Shown here piece by piece: positions 14,100-29,684 of a stretch of 64,000 nucleotides of DNA (positions within the stretch are counted from its first letter, which is position 1; each line of letters starts with the position of its first letter). Below the pieces are notes generated by a model. That model was not told the DNA's origin. It worked only from the letters and a program-made list of their open reading frames with translations, and made no database searches. Position numbers and translations under genes: made by a program. The stretch is from Eledone cirrhosa (Eukaryota): contig OZ024763.1 in the NCBI GenBank assembly GCA_964016885.1, positions 27,776,001-27,840,000 on the forward strand. Direction: 5' to 3'.

Positions 14100-14622
14100 G
14101 CGTGCGTGTATATAAGTATGTGTGTGTTAGTGTGCGTGTATATATGTATGTGTGTGTTAGTGTGCGTGTATATACGTATGTGTGTGTTAGTGTGCGTGTA
14201 TATAAGTATGTGTGTGTTAGTGTGCGTGTATATAAGTATGTGTGTGTTAGTGTGCGTGTATATACGTATGTGTGTGTTAGTGTGCGTGTATATAAGTATG
14301 TGTGTGTGTTAGTGTGCGTGTATATACGTATGTGTGTGCTAGTGTGTGTGTTAGTGTGAGTGCATATAAGCATGTGTGTGTTTGTGTGTGTGTTAGTGTG
14401 TGTGTATATAAGTATGTCTGTGTTAGTGTGCGTGTATATACGTATGTGTGTTTTAGTGTGCGTGTATATAAGTATGTGAGTGTTAGTGTGCGTGTATATA
14501 AGTATGTGTGTGTTAGTGTGTGTGTATATAAGTATGTCTGTGTTAGTGTGCGTGTATATACGTATGTGTGTGTTAGTGTATGTGTTAGTGTATGTGTTAG
14601 TGTGTGTGTTAGTGTGTGTGTA
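14100..14622. repeat. 30-bp minisatellite
   Basis: gtgtgcgtgtatata(a/c)gtatgtgtgtgtta repeated. Confidence 0.9.
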
Positions 14623-15061
14623 TAATTTCAATGGCTTAAATAATAACTCTTTATCCCGGTCTTGTTTGAAACCAAGGATCAAATAATATCTTTGCATATG
14701 ATGATTCCTCTCATTTATTACTTTGGAAATAAAACAACAACAACAACAACAACAACAGTAACTATAACAACAGCAACAACATCAACAACATTTCTCTTGA
14801 TTAGCATAACTATGGTGATATTTGGCGGAGGGTTTTGGCAGTGGCCCTCCCTGAACTTGGGTTTCTCGTCTGCTTGACTCTCATTAGCCACACGTTTGTT
14901 AGAAATAGCGAAATGAGGAAAGGAGTAAACTTTAGTTTAGTTGATCCCTAGGGTATAATATGAACAGCCGACCCCCCCCCCCCAATCCGTATACCCGCAC
15001 TAATAGAAACGTACGCGCCCGTGGACCCACCATATCATATGCATGTGTGTATTTTTATAAG

Positions 15062-15094
<33 letters not shown>

Positions 15095-15250
15095 ACATAT
15101 TTATGTGTTCATGTAGTCGTACATAGACACACAGTCACACATATAGACTCACACATACATAAATATATATACACATATGCATAATTACATATATATATAT
15201 ATATAAATATATATGTGTAATTATGTATATATTTGTATACACACACACAC

Positions 15251-15281
<31 letters not shown>

Positions 15282-15375
15282 TAGAGATAGATAGATATGT
15301 ATATATATATATATGTATATATATATATAGATAGATAAATATGTATATATATATATGTATGTATATATATATATG

Positions 15376-15422
<47 letters not shown>

Positions 15423-15457
15423 GTATATATGTATATGTATATATGTATATGTATATG

Positions 15458-15526
<69 letters not shown>

Positions 15527-15746
15527 GTATATATATATATATATATATACAGACAAATACACACGCTTAAATACATATGTATGTGTGAGTGTCTGTTTAT
15601 ACATACATATATACATTTATATATATATATTCATACATACACATATGTAATACATATATGTGTGTATATATATAATAAAAGATGAATGAGTAATGTTGTA
15701 AAAATGCAGTATTTAAATAATATATTTATACATACATACATACATG

Positions 15747-15827
<81 letters not shown>

Positions 15828-16120
15828 CGTCTCTGTTTTGTCTTTTTTATATTTTTTACACTTTCATATATATACATATATTTTACACAATCATATATAT
15901 ATATATATATATGATTTCTCATTAAAATAGAATGTTAGATAAATCGCATCACTATGAATATGAAGTCATTCCGCCATCTTGTTTTCACACTATTTTTTTC
16001 ACCCCCTTTTCAGTGTGACATGGTATCCTAGAGAGAAAAAAGGACCATTACCACTGAAAGAGGTCTGAACTGTTAAAATGGAAATTAAGCACACGCACGA
16101 TCGTATACACACACAAATGT

Positions 16121-16160
<40 letters not shown>

Positions 16161-16286
16161 TGTATATTTCTATGTATATATATCTCCGTATATAGACAAT
16201 CATGTAAATGCATATATATATATATATAATGTATATATATATATATAAATAAAGGCGCACGTATGTATTTACGTGATTGTCTATAT

Positions 16287-16323
<37 letters not shown>

Positions 16324-16534
16324 TAAGTTAAAAATGTACATCCACATATGTATACTGAAATACTAGTATGCATATGAATACACACACGTATACATATGTA
16401 GATGTACCGAGTTTTTCACTGGTCACTTTACTGCGAGTGTCCAGCTATTCTGTATGTAAACACACAGACAAACCGTTATTTGTTTTTATATATATATGTA
16501 TATATATATATATGTATGTATATATGTGTGTATG

Positions 16535-16567
<33 letters not shown>

Positions 16568-16920
16568 GTATGTATATATATGTATGTATGCATATATGTA
16601 TGTATGCATATATGTATGCATATATGTATGTATGCATGTATGTATGCATATATGTATGCATATATCTATGTATGCATATATGTATGCATATATGTATGTA
16701 TATATGTATATATGTATATATATATGTATGTATATATGTATATATGTATGTATATATATATATATATATGTATATATATGTATGTGTATATATGTATATA
16801 TGTATGTATATATATATATGTATATATATGTATGTGTATATATGTATATATGTATGTATATATATATATGTATATATATGTATGTATATATGTGTATATA
16901 CATACATATATATATACATT

Positions 16921-17290
16921 CCTAGGAGAAGGAAAACTCTGATATAACACCTGCAACCCTGATGGTATCCAATGATGTTGACTTGTTCTTCTTTTTGGTA
17001 AATATCATCTTGGTTAAGAGAGTGGGACTGGCTTTGTGCAGTGCCTTTGCTCACTATAAAAGCTTCACGGCACAGGCATTGCTTTATATCTGGAGATCTC
17101 TGCACTTGTCGTCACATGGTACCATGGGCCCAGCACTGTGTCAATAATTGTCACAAGTGTAGTGTTTGTACCAGAGTTTTCAAGTCGCTAGCTGGACTAA
17201 AAAGTCACACTCGTTCAGCGCATCGGTAGGGGTTCTCCTACATGGATATAAAGTAGTGGCCGTACTCGAAAACGAGTTGGCAGCGACCAT
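16921..17290 (+). mobile_element. RTE-related short element or 3' fragment
   Basis: C-terminal [22 protein letters not shown] zinc-finger-like end of RTE ORFs; 5' ctaggagaaggaaaactctga motif; flanked by microsatellite. Confidence 0.55.
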
Positions 17291-17638
17291 ATATGTATGT
17301 ATATATATGTATATATATATATATACATATATGCATGAATATATGTATGTATATATATCCATGTATATATGTATGTATATATAAATATATATATGTATGT
17401 ATATATGTATGTATGTATGTATATGCACATATATGTATATCTGTACATTCCACATAGAGGAAGATGTTCGCATATGTGAAGCAAAGCTACTAGCAAGTGA
17501 TCATATCATTTTCCAGGAGGAATTTATGATTTACTAAGTGTAAAGTGATACGCCACGGTTTTTACTGTAATGTGACACCCGTGCCATTTTGTATTTGTTG
17601 CAAATGTACAGTTCATGATGATGGAAGACGCATCTGTC

Positions 17639-17744
<106 letters not shown>

Positions 17745-17820
17745 TTTTGTTTTGTATGTATGTATTTATGTATCTATGTATGTATGTATATATGCATGTA
17801 TGTATATATGCACGTATGTG

Positions 17821-17851
<31 letters not shown>

Positions 17852-18014
17852 TTATATATGTATGCATGTAGTTATATATGTGTATATATATGTATATATA
17901 TACGTGTATATATATATATGTATGTATATATATATACATATATATATCTATATATGTATATATATCAATATACGTATGTATATATTTAACTATGTAAATA
18001 AATATATATTTGTA

Positions 18015-18063
<49 letters not shown>

Positions 18064-18098
18064 ATATATACAACTATATATATATATAATATATACAA

Positions 18099-18179
<81 letters not shown>

Positions 18180-18189
18180 GAGAGAGAGA

Positions 18190-18231
<42 letters not shown>

Positions 18232-19069
18232 TAGTGTGGAAGGTCCAGAGAAAAGGGGGCGCTACTCAAGGCAGATCCACTTCTTTTCCATATCAAGCGT
18301 ACTATAGACACAGCTACGGTACTATGGACACAGTTAGAGAACTATAGACATGTGGTTGGAATGTCTAAGAAAAAAATCGCTCTCTGGATTGATTTTACGG
18401 TCTAAGTCGACCGGCAGGAAAGCCTGACATAGATACTGAGTAAGAAAGATGATTGATAACATCCAACACTTGGCTGCTCTCACTTAGGGACCCAGTCCAA
18501 TCAATTGGAAACGGTATCTTCTGATGTGGTCTTGTTTTGGTAACCCTACGTGGGTTAGTGTCTGTGTGTGTAGTTAAAGCATTCTGTAACGGATGTGCTT
18601 GTGAAGATTTTTGTATTTCACATCTTTCTTCTTCTTCTTCTTCTTCTTCTTCTTCTTCTTCTTCTTCTTCTTCTTCTTCTTCTTCTTCTTTTTCTGTCTC
18701 TTCTTTTTCTTCTTTTTCTCCTTTTTTTCCTTCTTTTTCTTCTCCTTTTTCATCTTTTTCCTCTTCTTTTTCTTCTTTTCTCTTTTCTTTCTCTTTTTCT
18801 TTTCTTTTTCTTTTTCTTTTTCTTTTTCTTCTGTTATATACGGCTATATATGTTATTCTGTGGGTGATGAACATGTAAATGTAATTAATAGCATGGCGGA
18901 TACTGAGGGAACATATTGAGAAAGATTGAAAAAAAATGAAAAAAGATTTAAGTAACAAAAAATTTGAGCCTTTAATTCCCCAATTTTTGGACATATAATG
19001 TAATATTTAGACATGTGTATGTATACTTATATTTTAGTGTATATATACATTTATATATCTGTTTATACC

Positions 19070-19106
<37 letters not shown>

Positions 19107-19184
19107 TATGTTTTTCTATTTGTTTATATATATATATTTATATAATTATATATATATATTTATATAATTATATATATATTTATA

Positions 19185-19237
<53 letters not shown>

Positions 19238-19244
19238 ATTTATA

Positions 19245-19315
<71 letters not shown>

Positions 19316-20211
19316 ATATATTTATATAATTATATATATATATATATATGTTTATATAATTATATATATATATATATATTTATATAATTATATTTATATA
19401 ATTATATTTATATAATTATATATATATATATATTTATATAATTATATATATATATTTATTCATATAATTATATATATATATTTATTTATATAATTATATT
19501 TATATAATTATATTTATATAATTATATTTATATATATATATATATATATATAATTATATATATATATATATATTTATATAATTATATATATATATTTGTT
19601 TGTATATTTATATATTTTTTTTGTTTGTTTATGTGTATTGATTTATTTAATCTTATATATATCATATATATATGATTTAATCATATATATAACTATATAT
19701 ATATATAAATAAATAAATAAATAAATACATACACAAGCACAATAACAACCAACACATAAACACACACTCGTCACCCAATCACGAACACACATCACACATC
19801 AAACAAAACACTATACACACGCGCAAACGCATGCGCAAAGAAGACAAAATAAAATAAACAAACAAGCAAATAAATAAATAAATATATAGACAGACTGAAT
19901 AAAAATGGCGTAGACATACAATGCAACGGGAGGAAACAATAGCACCACTGACGATGTTGCAACGAAAGATTTATGATAAACTATATATATGTGTTTGTGT
20001 CTATATTGTATCTCTATTATTTTTGACCGTCGGTCAGTCAATGGCAACATTGAGGACCGAGTAAATTAGATTACCGATATAAAAGACACAGAAGCGAAAA
20101 GCGAAAACCAACAAAACAGTGAGTGTGTTCTGTTATTAATTCTGGCAATATTACACAAATATGACCCTCCACAAGTATAACAATAATTATTAATATATAT
20201 ATATATATATA

Positions 20212-20247
<36 letters not shown>

Positions 20248-20293
20248 TATATATGTATATATATATATAATTATATATATGTATATATATATA

Positions 20294-20357
<64 letters not shown>

Positions 20358-20774
20358 ATATATAATTATATATATATATATATATAATTATATATATATA
20401 TATATATATAATTATATATATATAATTATATATATATATAATTATATATATACAATTATATATATATCTATATATATATAATTATATATATATATAATTA
20501 TATATATATATATATATAATTATATATATATATAATTATATATATATAATTATATATATACAATTATATATATATCTATATATATATAATTATATATATA
20601 CAATTATATATATATCTATATATATATAATTATATATATATAATTATATATATATATATATATATAATTATATATATATATAATTATATATATATATATA
20701 TATATAATTATATATATATATATATATATATAATTATATATATATATAATTATATATATATATATATATATAAT

Positions 20775-20837
<63 letters not shown>

Positions 20838-21384
20838 GTACAGACATCCATATGTGCTTATATATTTGTTCGTCCTATGGTATTATTGTTTTCTCTATAA
20901 CCTATATATTTGTCAAATATTCTCTTCTCATTATTTCTTACAACTTAAACTGCGTGTCACTATCACAAGGTGTTCTTACTTCTTAAGTTTGCTTTTGTTA
21001 TTTGTAGTATTAAAAAAACATTATATGCACCCACACAAACACACACACACATACACACACACACACATATATATATATGTATATGTATGTATATACGTAA
21101 TTTATATTTATATATATATATATATATAAATATAGTATAAAAGAGAAAACACAGGTAAGCATTAAGAGAAGGATTTTATCCAGGTATTTACGACCGTTTC
21201 ATTGGTAAGTGCAACCTAATATTGCTATACTGCAAATAGCAGCCACTCAATTATAATTGTTGTTCACAGTCCAAATTTTCTAACTATATATAAATATATC
21301 TATATATATCTATATATATATACATGCATGTATATATGTATATCAATGTATTTATGTATATATTTATGTATATATATATATGTA

Positions 21385-21416
<32 letters not shown>

Positions 21417-21622
21417 GATATGTATGTATATGCATCTATATATACATATATATATATATATGTACATATGTATATGTATATATATGTGTATATGTATGTA
21501 TGTATATATAAAAATGTATATATATATATATTAATATATGTTAAGTAACGCGTGATATCTTAAATTGTCGACCGTTTTCAAACCCATGCGTATATATATA
21601 TATATTTATATTGCATAGGTAA

Positions 21623-21681
<59 letters not shown>

Positions 21682-21981
21682 CCCACACTTATATGCATAT
21701 GTACATATGCGAATGTGTATGTATTCCTCTATGCGTGGTAGGTCTATTCCTGTGTATAAGATGATGAATTTAAAAACCAAACCAAAAATAACACTTGTGT
21801 AATAATTCTTTTTCCATACCACCCGCTATTACTTTCTCACGCAACCGCAACATGGCGTCAAAAGAAAAGGACATAAACACTCCCTTCCTTCCTGCACAAA
21901 AATCCCCTTTTACAATCCATGTATCCCTCTTATCTATCTATATATATATATTATTATGTAATAAACAACATAAGGCAATTA

Positions 21982-22041
21982 TTCCATTTACCAGTGGTTT
22001 CTTAAAAGCAAAAGGTTTTGCTTTCAATCCTCAGAATGAAA
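21982..22041 (-). ncRNA. Type I hammerhead ribozyme (left arm of palindrome)
   Basis: UUUCAUU-CUGAGGA-UUGAAAGCAAAaccuUUUGCUUUUAA-GAAA-CCACUGG-UA^AAUGGAA. Confidence 0.82.
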
Positions 22042-22046
22042 AAAAT

Positions 22047-22106
22047 CCTGGTTCTGAGGATTGAAAGCAAAACCTTTTGCTTTTAAGAAACCACTGGTAA
22101 ATGGAA
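22047..22106 (+). ncRNA. Hammerhead ribozyme (right arm of palindrome; weaker stem I)
   Basis: Same core and stems II/III as 21982-22041 on the opposite strand; stem I is only partly paired. Confidence 0.65.
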
Positions 22107-22205
22107 TAATTGCCTTATGTTGTTTATTACATAATAATAATTAAACTCTGTTGCCTACATAGAGCACTGTTTTTTCCTGGACTTTTCCGACGGAATTACT
22201 TCATT

Positions 22206-22281
<76 letters not shown>

Positions 22282-22397
22282 CATATATACAATATATATA
22301 TATACATATATACAATTGTTTTCATACAATGACCAAATGAGGTTTATTTGTCAATACATTTCCTGGAAAGAAACGAAGCAGTTATTAATAAGAGTTT

Positions 22398-22566
22398 CGG
22401 TAGAGGGTCGGACGCCATGCTTCCCAGCATAGTTACGTTCCAGCATAGTTACGATCTGAGTTCAAATCCCGCCGAGGTTGACTTTGCCTTTCATCCTTAC
22501 GGGGTCGATAAATAAAGTACCAGTAATGCACTGGATAATTGCTGGCCTTGTGCCTAAAGTAGAAAC
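22398..22566 (+). mobile_element. 5'-truncated SINE with ~19-bp TSD
   Basis: cagttattaataagagttt on both sides. Confidence 0.88.
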
Positions 22567-22994
22567 AGTTATTAATAAGAGTTTAAATTAATACATGCAA
22601 GATTTCACCGCTCTAGTATGAATGCTTCATAATCAGTCTCTGAAATTTTCAGGCTAAGCTCGTAGTTACATGGTGGGGATTTCTTGTTCCTGGAAAGCAT
22701 GAAGGTTTAAAAAAAGGTGGGTTTTATGAAGTTTTTAGAACACTATGTAAGGGTTCATTATGCTATGACCCGCGTTTTTAGTCTCAAGTGCCAATGTATA
22801 ATATTCTCAGTAACCTGGTCGACTTAAAAAACAAATTTCTTGCATTTCGAGCATTGAGTAGATTCTTACAAAGCACCTGATCCGAATATTCCTTACACAC
22901 TATCTTCATGAAATGTTGGGATCAGGTGATCCGCTAATCGTTTATTTTGAACAAAAAATATTTTAGAAAAAAACTAAAATGATCAAATAATTAA

Positions 22995-23077
<83 letters not shown>

Positions 23078-23228
23078 TATATATATATATTTATATTTAT
23101 ATATTTATATTTATATATATATTTATATATATATATGTATATATATGTACATATATGTATATATATATGTATATATATGTGTATATATATATATACATAT
23201 ATATATATATACACATATATATACATAC

Positions 23229-23273
<45 letters not shown>

Positions 23274-23342
23274 CACACATATATATACACATACATATAC
23301 ATATATGTATATATTTATACATATATATACATATATATTTAT

Positions 23343-23377
<35 letters not shown>

Positions 23378-23395
23378 CATATATATATGTGTGTG

Positions 23396-23465
<70 letters not shown>

Positions 23466-23471
23466 CATATA

Positions 23472-23520
<49 letters not shown>

Positions 23521-23830
23521 ATATGTATATATATATATGTGTGTGTGTATATGTATATACATATATATGTATATATATATATATATATATAAACCTCCTG
23601 AACACCCGCACAAAACAAGGAAAACTACAAGACAGTAGAATATTAATAAACTAGATATATATTTGCTGACTGAATTATTATACTCTTGTAGTGTTCAGAA
23701 CGAAGAGGGAGTTGACAAAATATGAAGAAACTAAAAACAAAGTTGTGTGTGACAAAAAAACTTTACCAGAATATCCATGTATTTAAACACACTCAACCAA
23801 CCAATCATATCTCTCTCTCTCTCCCCCCCC

Positions 23831-23931
<101 letters not shown>

Positions 23932-24523
23932 AAATATGTGTATATATATATGTATAAATATGTGTATATATATATGTATAAATATGTGTATATATATATG
24001 TATAAATATGTGTATATATATATGTATAAATATGTGTATATATATGTATAAATATGTGTATATATATGTATAAATATGTGTATATATATGTATAAATATG
24101 TGTATATATATATATGTATAAATATGTGTATATATATATGTATAAATATGTGTATATATATATGTATAAATATGTGTATATATATATATGTATAAATATG
24201 TGTGTATATATATATGTATAAATATGTGTGTGTATATATATGTATAAATATGTATATATATATATATGTGTATATATTATATATATATATGTGCATATAT
24301 ATATATAAATATGTATATATATATATGTGTATATATATATATGTATATATATATGTGCATATATATATATATAAATATGTATATATATATATATGTGTAT
24401 ATATGTATATATATGTGCATATATATATATATATGTGTGTGTGTATGTATATATATGTGTATGTATATATATGTGCATATATATGTATGTATATATGTGC
24501 ATATATATATATATGTATCTATG

Positions 24524-24556
<33 letters not shown>

Positions 24557-24842
24557 GTATGTATATGTATGTATGTATATGTATGTATATGTATGTATAT
24601 ATATATATATGTATGTATATATATATGTACATATTTATACATATATATGTAGATATGTACACATATATACAGATATATATATATATGTATTTATTTATAT
24701 GTACACATATACATGTAGATATGTACATATATGTAGATATGTAAATATATATATATATATAGATATAGATATATACATATACATGTACATATATATATAT
24801 ATATAGATATGTACATATATATGAATATATATGTATGTATGC

Positions 24843-24877
<35 letters not shown>

Positions 24878-24902
24878 TATATGATTATGTAAGCGTATAC
24901 AT

Positions 24903-24996
<94 letters not shown>

Positions 24997-25218
24997 TATA
25001 TTTATATATAGAGGTGCCTATGTATGTATATATAACGGTTAGTATAATGCGCAGGTGTGTTTAAACTAGCGTTTATACGTAGAACTGCTCAAAATAAACA
25101 ATAGTTATTATAAACAATTATATAAACAATTATTATAAACAATTACTATAAACAATTATTATAAACACAAATAATATAAACAATTATTATAAACACAAAT
25201 AATATATATATATATATT

Positions 25219-25818
25219 ATTCTCAGAACCTTCCAGTCGAGAGATATCCACAGTGCTATCCTTCTCTTCTCCACTTTTACCTGACCCCACCTTGAATACT
25301 GTTGTCCACTGTGGTCACCCCACACGAAACAAAGTATCATGAAAGTAGAAGCACCTCAAAGATCGATTACAAAAAAGATAGTTGGCATAACAGGCCTTGA
25401 CTATTGGAGTCGATTAGAAAAGCTCAATCTTTATTCTCTCAAACGTCGCCGTGAGCGCTACATCATCTGCAGGATGTGGTAAATATCCCATCAGCTTTAC
25501 CCAAATGATGTTGGCATCACCTTTAGTGTACACGCAAGGCTTGGGCCCCATGCTATCCGCCCACCACAAAAATCTCACTCGCATCTCATAACAACAATAC
25601 GGGACAATTATTTCAGACCCCATCAAGTTCAATAAGTCTTTGGATAAATTCCTTCAAGAAATCCCGCATAATCCTCCTACACCCGGATATGCCTCCGTAC
25701 ACAATAACTCTCTGCTCGCGTGGGCCATGGTGCCCAAACCCTGATTTGTAAGACTTCGCAAGGTGGTGCTATTAAGTTAGACATGGCCTGGGCCAATACT
25801 GGCCGAAACCTATCAAAG

Positions 25819-25820
<2 letters not shown>
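25219..25820 (+). mobile_element. CR1/L2-group LINE 3' fragment
   Basis: LRTFQSRD..*PHLEYCCPLWSPH..QRSITKKI..YWSRLEKLNLYSLKRRRERY. Confidence 0.85.
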
Positions 25821-25848
<28 letters not shown>

Positions 25849-25852
<4 letters not shown>

Positions 25853-26232
25853 AAAGTTATATTTAAATTGTTGGGTTACAACTAGTAAATATTTATAACT
25901 GATATAAAAGCACTCAACAAGTATTTGGAGTATATTTACGATATTAAATAAATGGAAACTATATTTATAAAACCATATTTATTTCATTATATATATTTCA
26001 GGGATATCATATTAACAATATGTTATGCCTTCCTCAGACAAAATACAATATAGACAGTTTTATAGATAAATAGATTTGACATACCGTTCAACATCGACTT
26101 GTATTTGAAAAAGTTGATTTGGCAGTGAAAAATTGTAAACAGGAAGAAAGAAAGAGAGAAAGAAGGAAAGAAAGAAAGAAAGAAAACGAAGAAAAAGAAG
26201 AAAAAGAAGAAATGCATGCAACAAAATACATG
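25849..26232 (-). repeat. 3' pseudo-LTR of the PLE
   Basis: Near-identical direct repeat of 29685-30064 (offset ~3836 bp). Confidence 0.92.
25980..26045 (-). ncRNA. Type I hammerhead ribozyme in the 3' pLTR
   Basis: UAUUUUGU-CUGAGGA-AGGCAUAACAUAUUguuAAUAUGAUAUCCCU-GAAA-UAUAUA-UA^AUGAAAUA; stems I and II pair, stem III is palindromic. Confidence 0.85.
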
Positions 26233-27423
26233 CAACAAAATAGAGAGATGGAAAGATAGATAAAGAGAAGAACTTCATGTAAAGAAACAGAGAGAGATAT
26301 ATATAGAGAGAGGAAATAGATAGAGATAGATATATATAGAGAAAAGTAGGTAGTTGAACATCCGTTGAATGAACGAATCGATGATACATTTATTTATTTA
26401 TTTATTTATTTAGCTCTAGTATTAATGTAAGGGAGATATATGTGGTTAGGAAAGAAACCAGCCGTTATATAGAGAGAAAAATGAAAAGTAACCAGACATA
26501 GGCGAGGCAGAATTTAAAAACCCTATGTTTTAATGTAGAAGTATTAGTACGTATAAAAACCAGGCACTATAATGTAAATATCAGTATTCCTAAATGAGAC
26601 ACGTATCCATAATGTGTGAAAAGTAATGATCTTATGTCTAGTTTTAAAAATTCATATGTTTATATGATAACTACAAACATCGATGTGAATTTACGTGATC
26701 AACTCTGCAAACCCCTATTTCACACGGAGAACATTCTCATTGTGCTATAAAAATTTAAGTATACATATATGTGTATATATACACATATATATAGAGTCTA
26801 TATTAATTTTAACAATACTATTCTTGTCTTTACTCTACATGACTATCTATCAAGCAGAAATAGAGAACAGATTTCAATATATTAATAAAAAATATCAGAA
26901 ACAAAAACAAACAAAAACAATAATAATAATAATAACCAAATAAATAAAATAGAAAACTAAAAAATATTACATATTAAAAATAAAAATATTAAAAATATAA
27001 AAAAAAAAAAAAAAAAAATATTAAAAAGTATTAAAATAATAAAAATAAAAACATAATAGAAACATAATATGCCACGCAAATCGACCACAAAGATCAACCC
27101 TTCAAAATTAATTGACAATATATTGCCAAGTTCATTATAAGCATCAGAGTCGAAAACAGATAAAGCTAAAAATTATTTACCAAATCGCGTCTAGGAGAAA
27201 TCATTTCAAAAAGTTTAGGATGCCCATTTGGTCTACATATGTTCTTATATTTAATATAGAAGTTTATCTAGTGTAACGTTTATTCGAAATATTTGGAGCA
27301 TCAACTTTTAGGGTAGTTTAATTTTTCATGAAGAATGTTTAAATAAAAATAAAAATAAAAAGAAGAATAAAAAGAAGAAATCGAAAGATTTATCGGCTAG
27401 TTTCCAAATAATTATAAATCAAA

Positions 27424-29637
27424 CTACATTTTAAATTTAAATTTATATTTAAAAGTTGGGTTCAATCTATGTTTGCAGCAACTGAATAAATTTGTCCGTA
27501 GATTAAGGGAATTTTTAGATTTTAGTATAAAGAATATCTCCTCCGCGCAGAGGTCACATGTCTCAGAGGATGAATTAAAAGGAATCCCTCTTGAGACTAT
27601 ATTCCAAGCCGTCGAATATCTAACGTTATCTTGCCTAAGTTGCCAGAGTACGCCTGATAGTGCTGTTGAAGATTTTTTGCTTGGATCTGTGAAAGAATTC
27701 TTGTGGTTATTATAGCGAAGTTTAAATTCCGTCGATGTGGAACCGACGTAGTTAAAAGAATTAGAGTCCGTTTTAACATTACAGTTGTATATTATATTTT
27801 TAACTAAGCAGTTGTTATTTAACGGACATTTAGATCTATCTCTACAGTTACATTTGTTAACTTGTATATTATTTATGCTATTATCGCTAGGTTTTAAGTT
27901 CCTATTATTTATTCTATTAATATTTTGTGCTAAATTTTTGGTGGATGAGTAGGTTAATTTTATAGTATGTCTATTGAAAATTGAGTGATACCTATGTGTT
28001 CTAGGGAAGCGATTATCAAGAGCTTTAAAAAATAGTTTAGCGATGTGGGTTTTAATGTTTAGTGAGAAAGGGGGTGCAGACCATATTATGTTCCTAGTTC
28101 TATTTCTTTTTTGGCTTTTGGAATTATTGTAATGCTTTCTATTATAGTTGCTAAGGTTGTGGCCGTAATTAAAATAGTTGTTATTTTGTTTAGTTTGTCT
28201 ATCATTATCTATGTATATAATCTTATCACTATATCCTGCTCTAGCTAACGCTTCATTGTAGTACTGGGCTTTTTCGTCGAAAATCTTTCTATTAGACGAG
28301 ATTCTAGAGATACGTTTTTGAACAGAGTTTACTATAGTGTTTTTGACAGATCTGGGGTGGTTAGAGTTAAAGCTGACATAGTTTAAGTTTTCATTCAACT
28401 TGTGAAAAGGATAGTGAAGACATGTGTTGAGATTTAATGTTATATCTAGGAAATTGACTATTCTATGGTTGTTCTCAATTTCTATTTTTAGATTAAAGTA
28501 ATTAAAAAATTGTGTAATTTGTTTTCTTTTTCTATTTAGTTCAGAGTTATTATTATCAATAAGTAAAAGCATGTCATCTCTATATAAACCTCCGGTAGTA
28601 CCGGGTATTTTCCTATGCAGCGAATTGATTAAAAATAAGCCCACAAGGTCAGTTACCTGAGCTGAGTCGGATGATCCCATAGTAATGTCAAAATTGCTAT
28701 CTCTATCTGCTCTGGTCCATAGTTGGTCATTAAATTCTATCAATGTTTTCCTAGCCGATAATATAATGTGCATTTCATTGCTAGTTAGGTCTGTATGTTT
28801 GAATGCGTAATTTAGTGCCTTATTTAGTAGATTAGGGGTAATAGAAGAATAATAGTTAGCAATATCAAGTTGAATAAACTTATTATTATTGTTATATTTA
28901 ATTTGCTTAAACCACTCAACAACCTCTCCAGTTCCCTTTCACAAGCTCAGGTTAGGTAAACAATCCAAGTTTTTAATTTGCTGTATCACCCTGTCAAGAA
29001 TGTTTTTGCTTAATTTGCCCAGGTCCGATTTTGATGGTGCGATCAATCTAACTGGCAAGTCATTTTCAAAATTCCTTTTGTGATCTTTCATATTGATCTT
29101 CGGTTTCCTGGGCACGAAAGGTTGTGTTCTGTTCTCAATTTCCAACTCATGCATTATACAAGATGCTTCGACATTCATTTTCTCAAGCTCGGCCTTATCT
29201 GCTACCTTGTACTTTTTCCTCAGTTCCTTCAGTATGAGGCCATTATACATGTCTTTCTGCACTCCATAGAGGTTGTTGGTCTTGTCAGATTTCACCAAGA
29301 TCTTCTCAGTTTTCTCTAAGCTCTCAATATTATCCTTAATGCCTTTCAGATATTCCTGGCCTTTGAAGTTTCTCTTGAATTTGACCCCTTGTATGATAGA
29401 AATTATATCGTTTTCAAAGTCAGATAAAAGTTTGTTAGGGGGTGGATTTCTTTTAGATTTGAAAACTTTGTTTAAGTCCGAGACATTTTCATTTATATTA
29501 GATTTATCAAAGTGGAATGCTCGCCACCTGATTCTCCTTATAAAAGAGTCAGATTTATCTATTAATTGTTTTATAAAGTCTTTGTTGCTAGGTAGAGGTA
29601 TGTCTTTTAGAGAGGAAGTAATCTTAAAGAATTCCAT
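27424..29637 (-). pseudogene. PLE reverse transcriptase / GIY-YIG endonuclease, 737 codons with one internal TGA at 28939-28941
   Basis: ORFs 28939-29637 and 27424-28773 are in the same frame and the gap reads open (*KGTGEVVEWFKQ...FIQLDIANYYSSI). RT motifs: FIQLDIANYY, FDITMGSSDS, GLYRDD, NFLDITLN. Linker CNCRDRSKC (CxCx5C). Endonuclease motifs: IIYNC..NYVGST, FKLRYNNH, CDLCAEE, CCKH. Confidence 0.92.
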
Positions 29638-29684
29638 TTTTTCAGTTATAATATAAAGCGCTCAACAGTATTGGGGCAAGATAC

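Noticed and set aside
15985-16100. Polypyrimidine tract plus CAG as a host exon acceptor
   Set aside because: No convincing donor or recognisable peptide.
21180-21205. GAAACGGUCGUA half-HHR on the minus strand
   Set aside because: No upstream CUGANGA; too little to call.
28939-28941. In-frame TGA as selenocysteine or programmed readthrough
   Set aside because: The context suggests a Trp position rather than Cys, and I identified no SECIS; a simple nonsense mutation is more likely.
27473-29656. Plus-strand ORFs overlapping the PLE
   Set aside because: Antisense shadows of the RT ORF.
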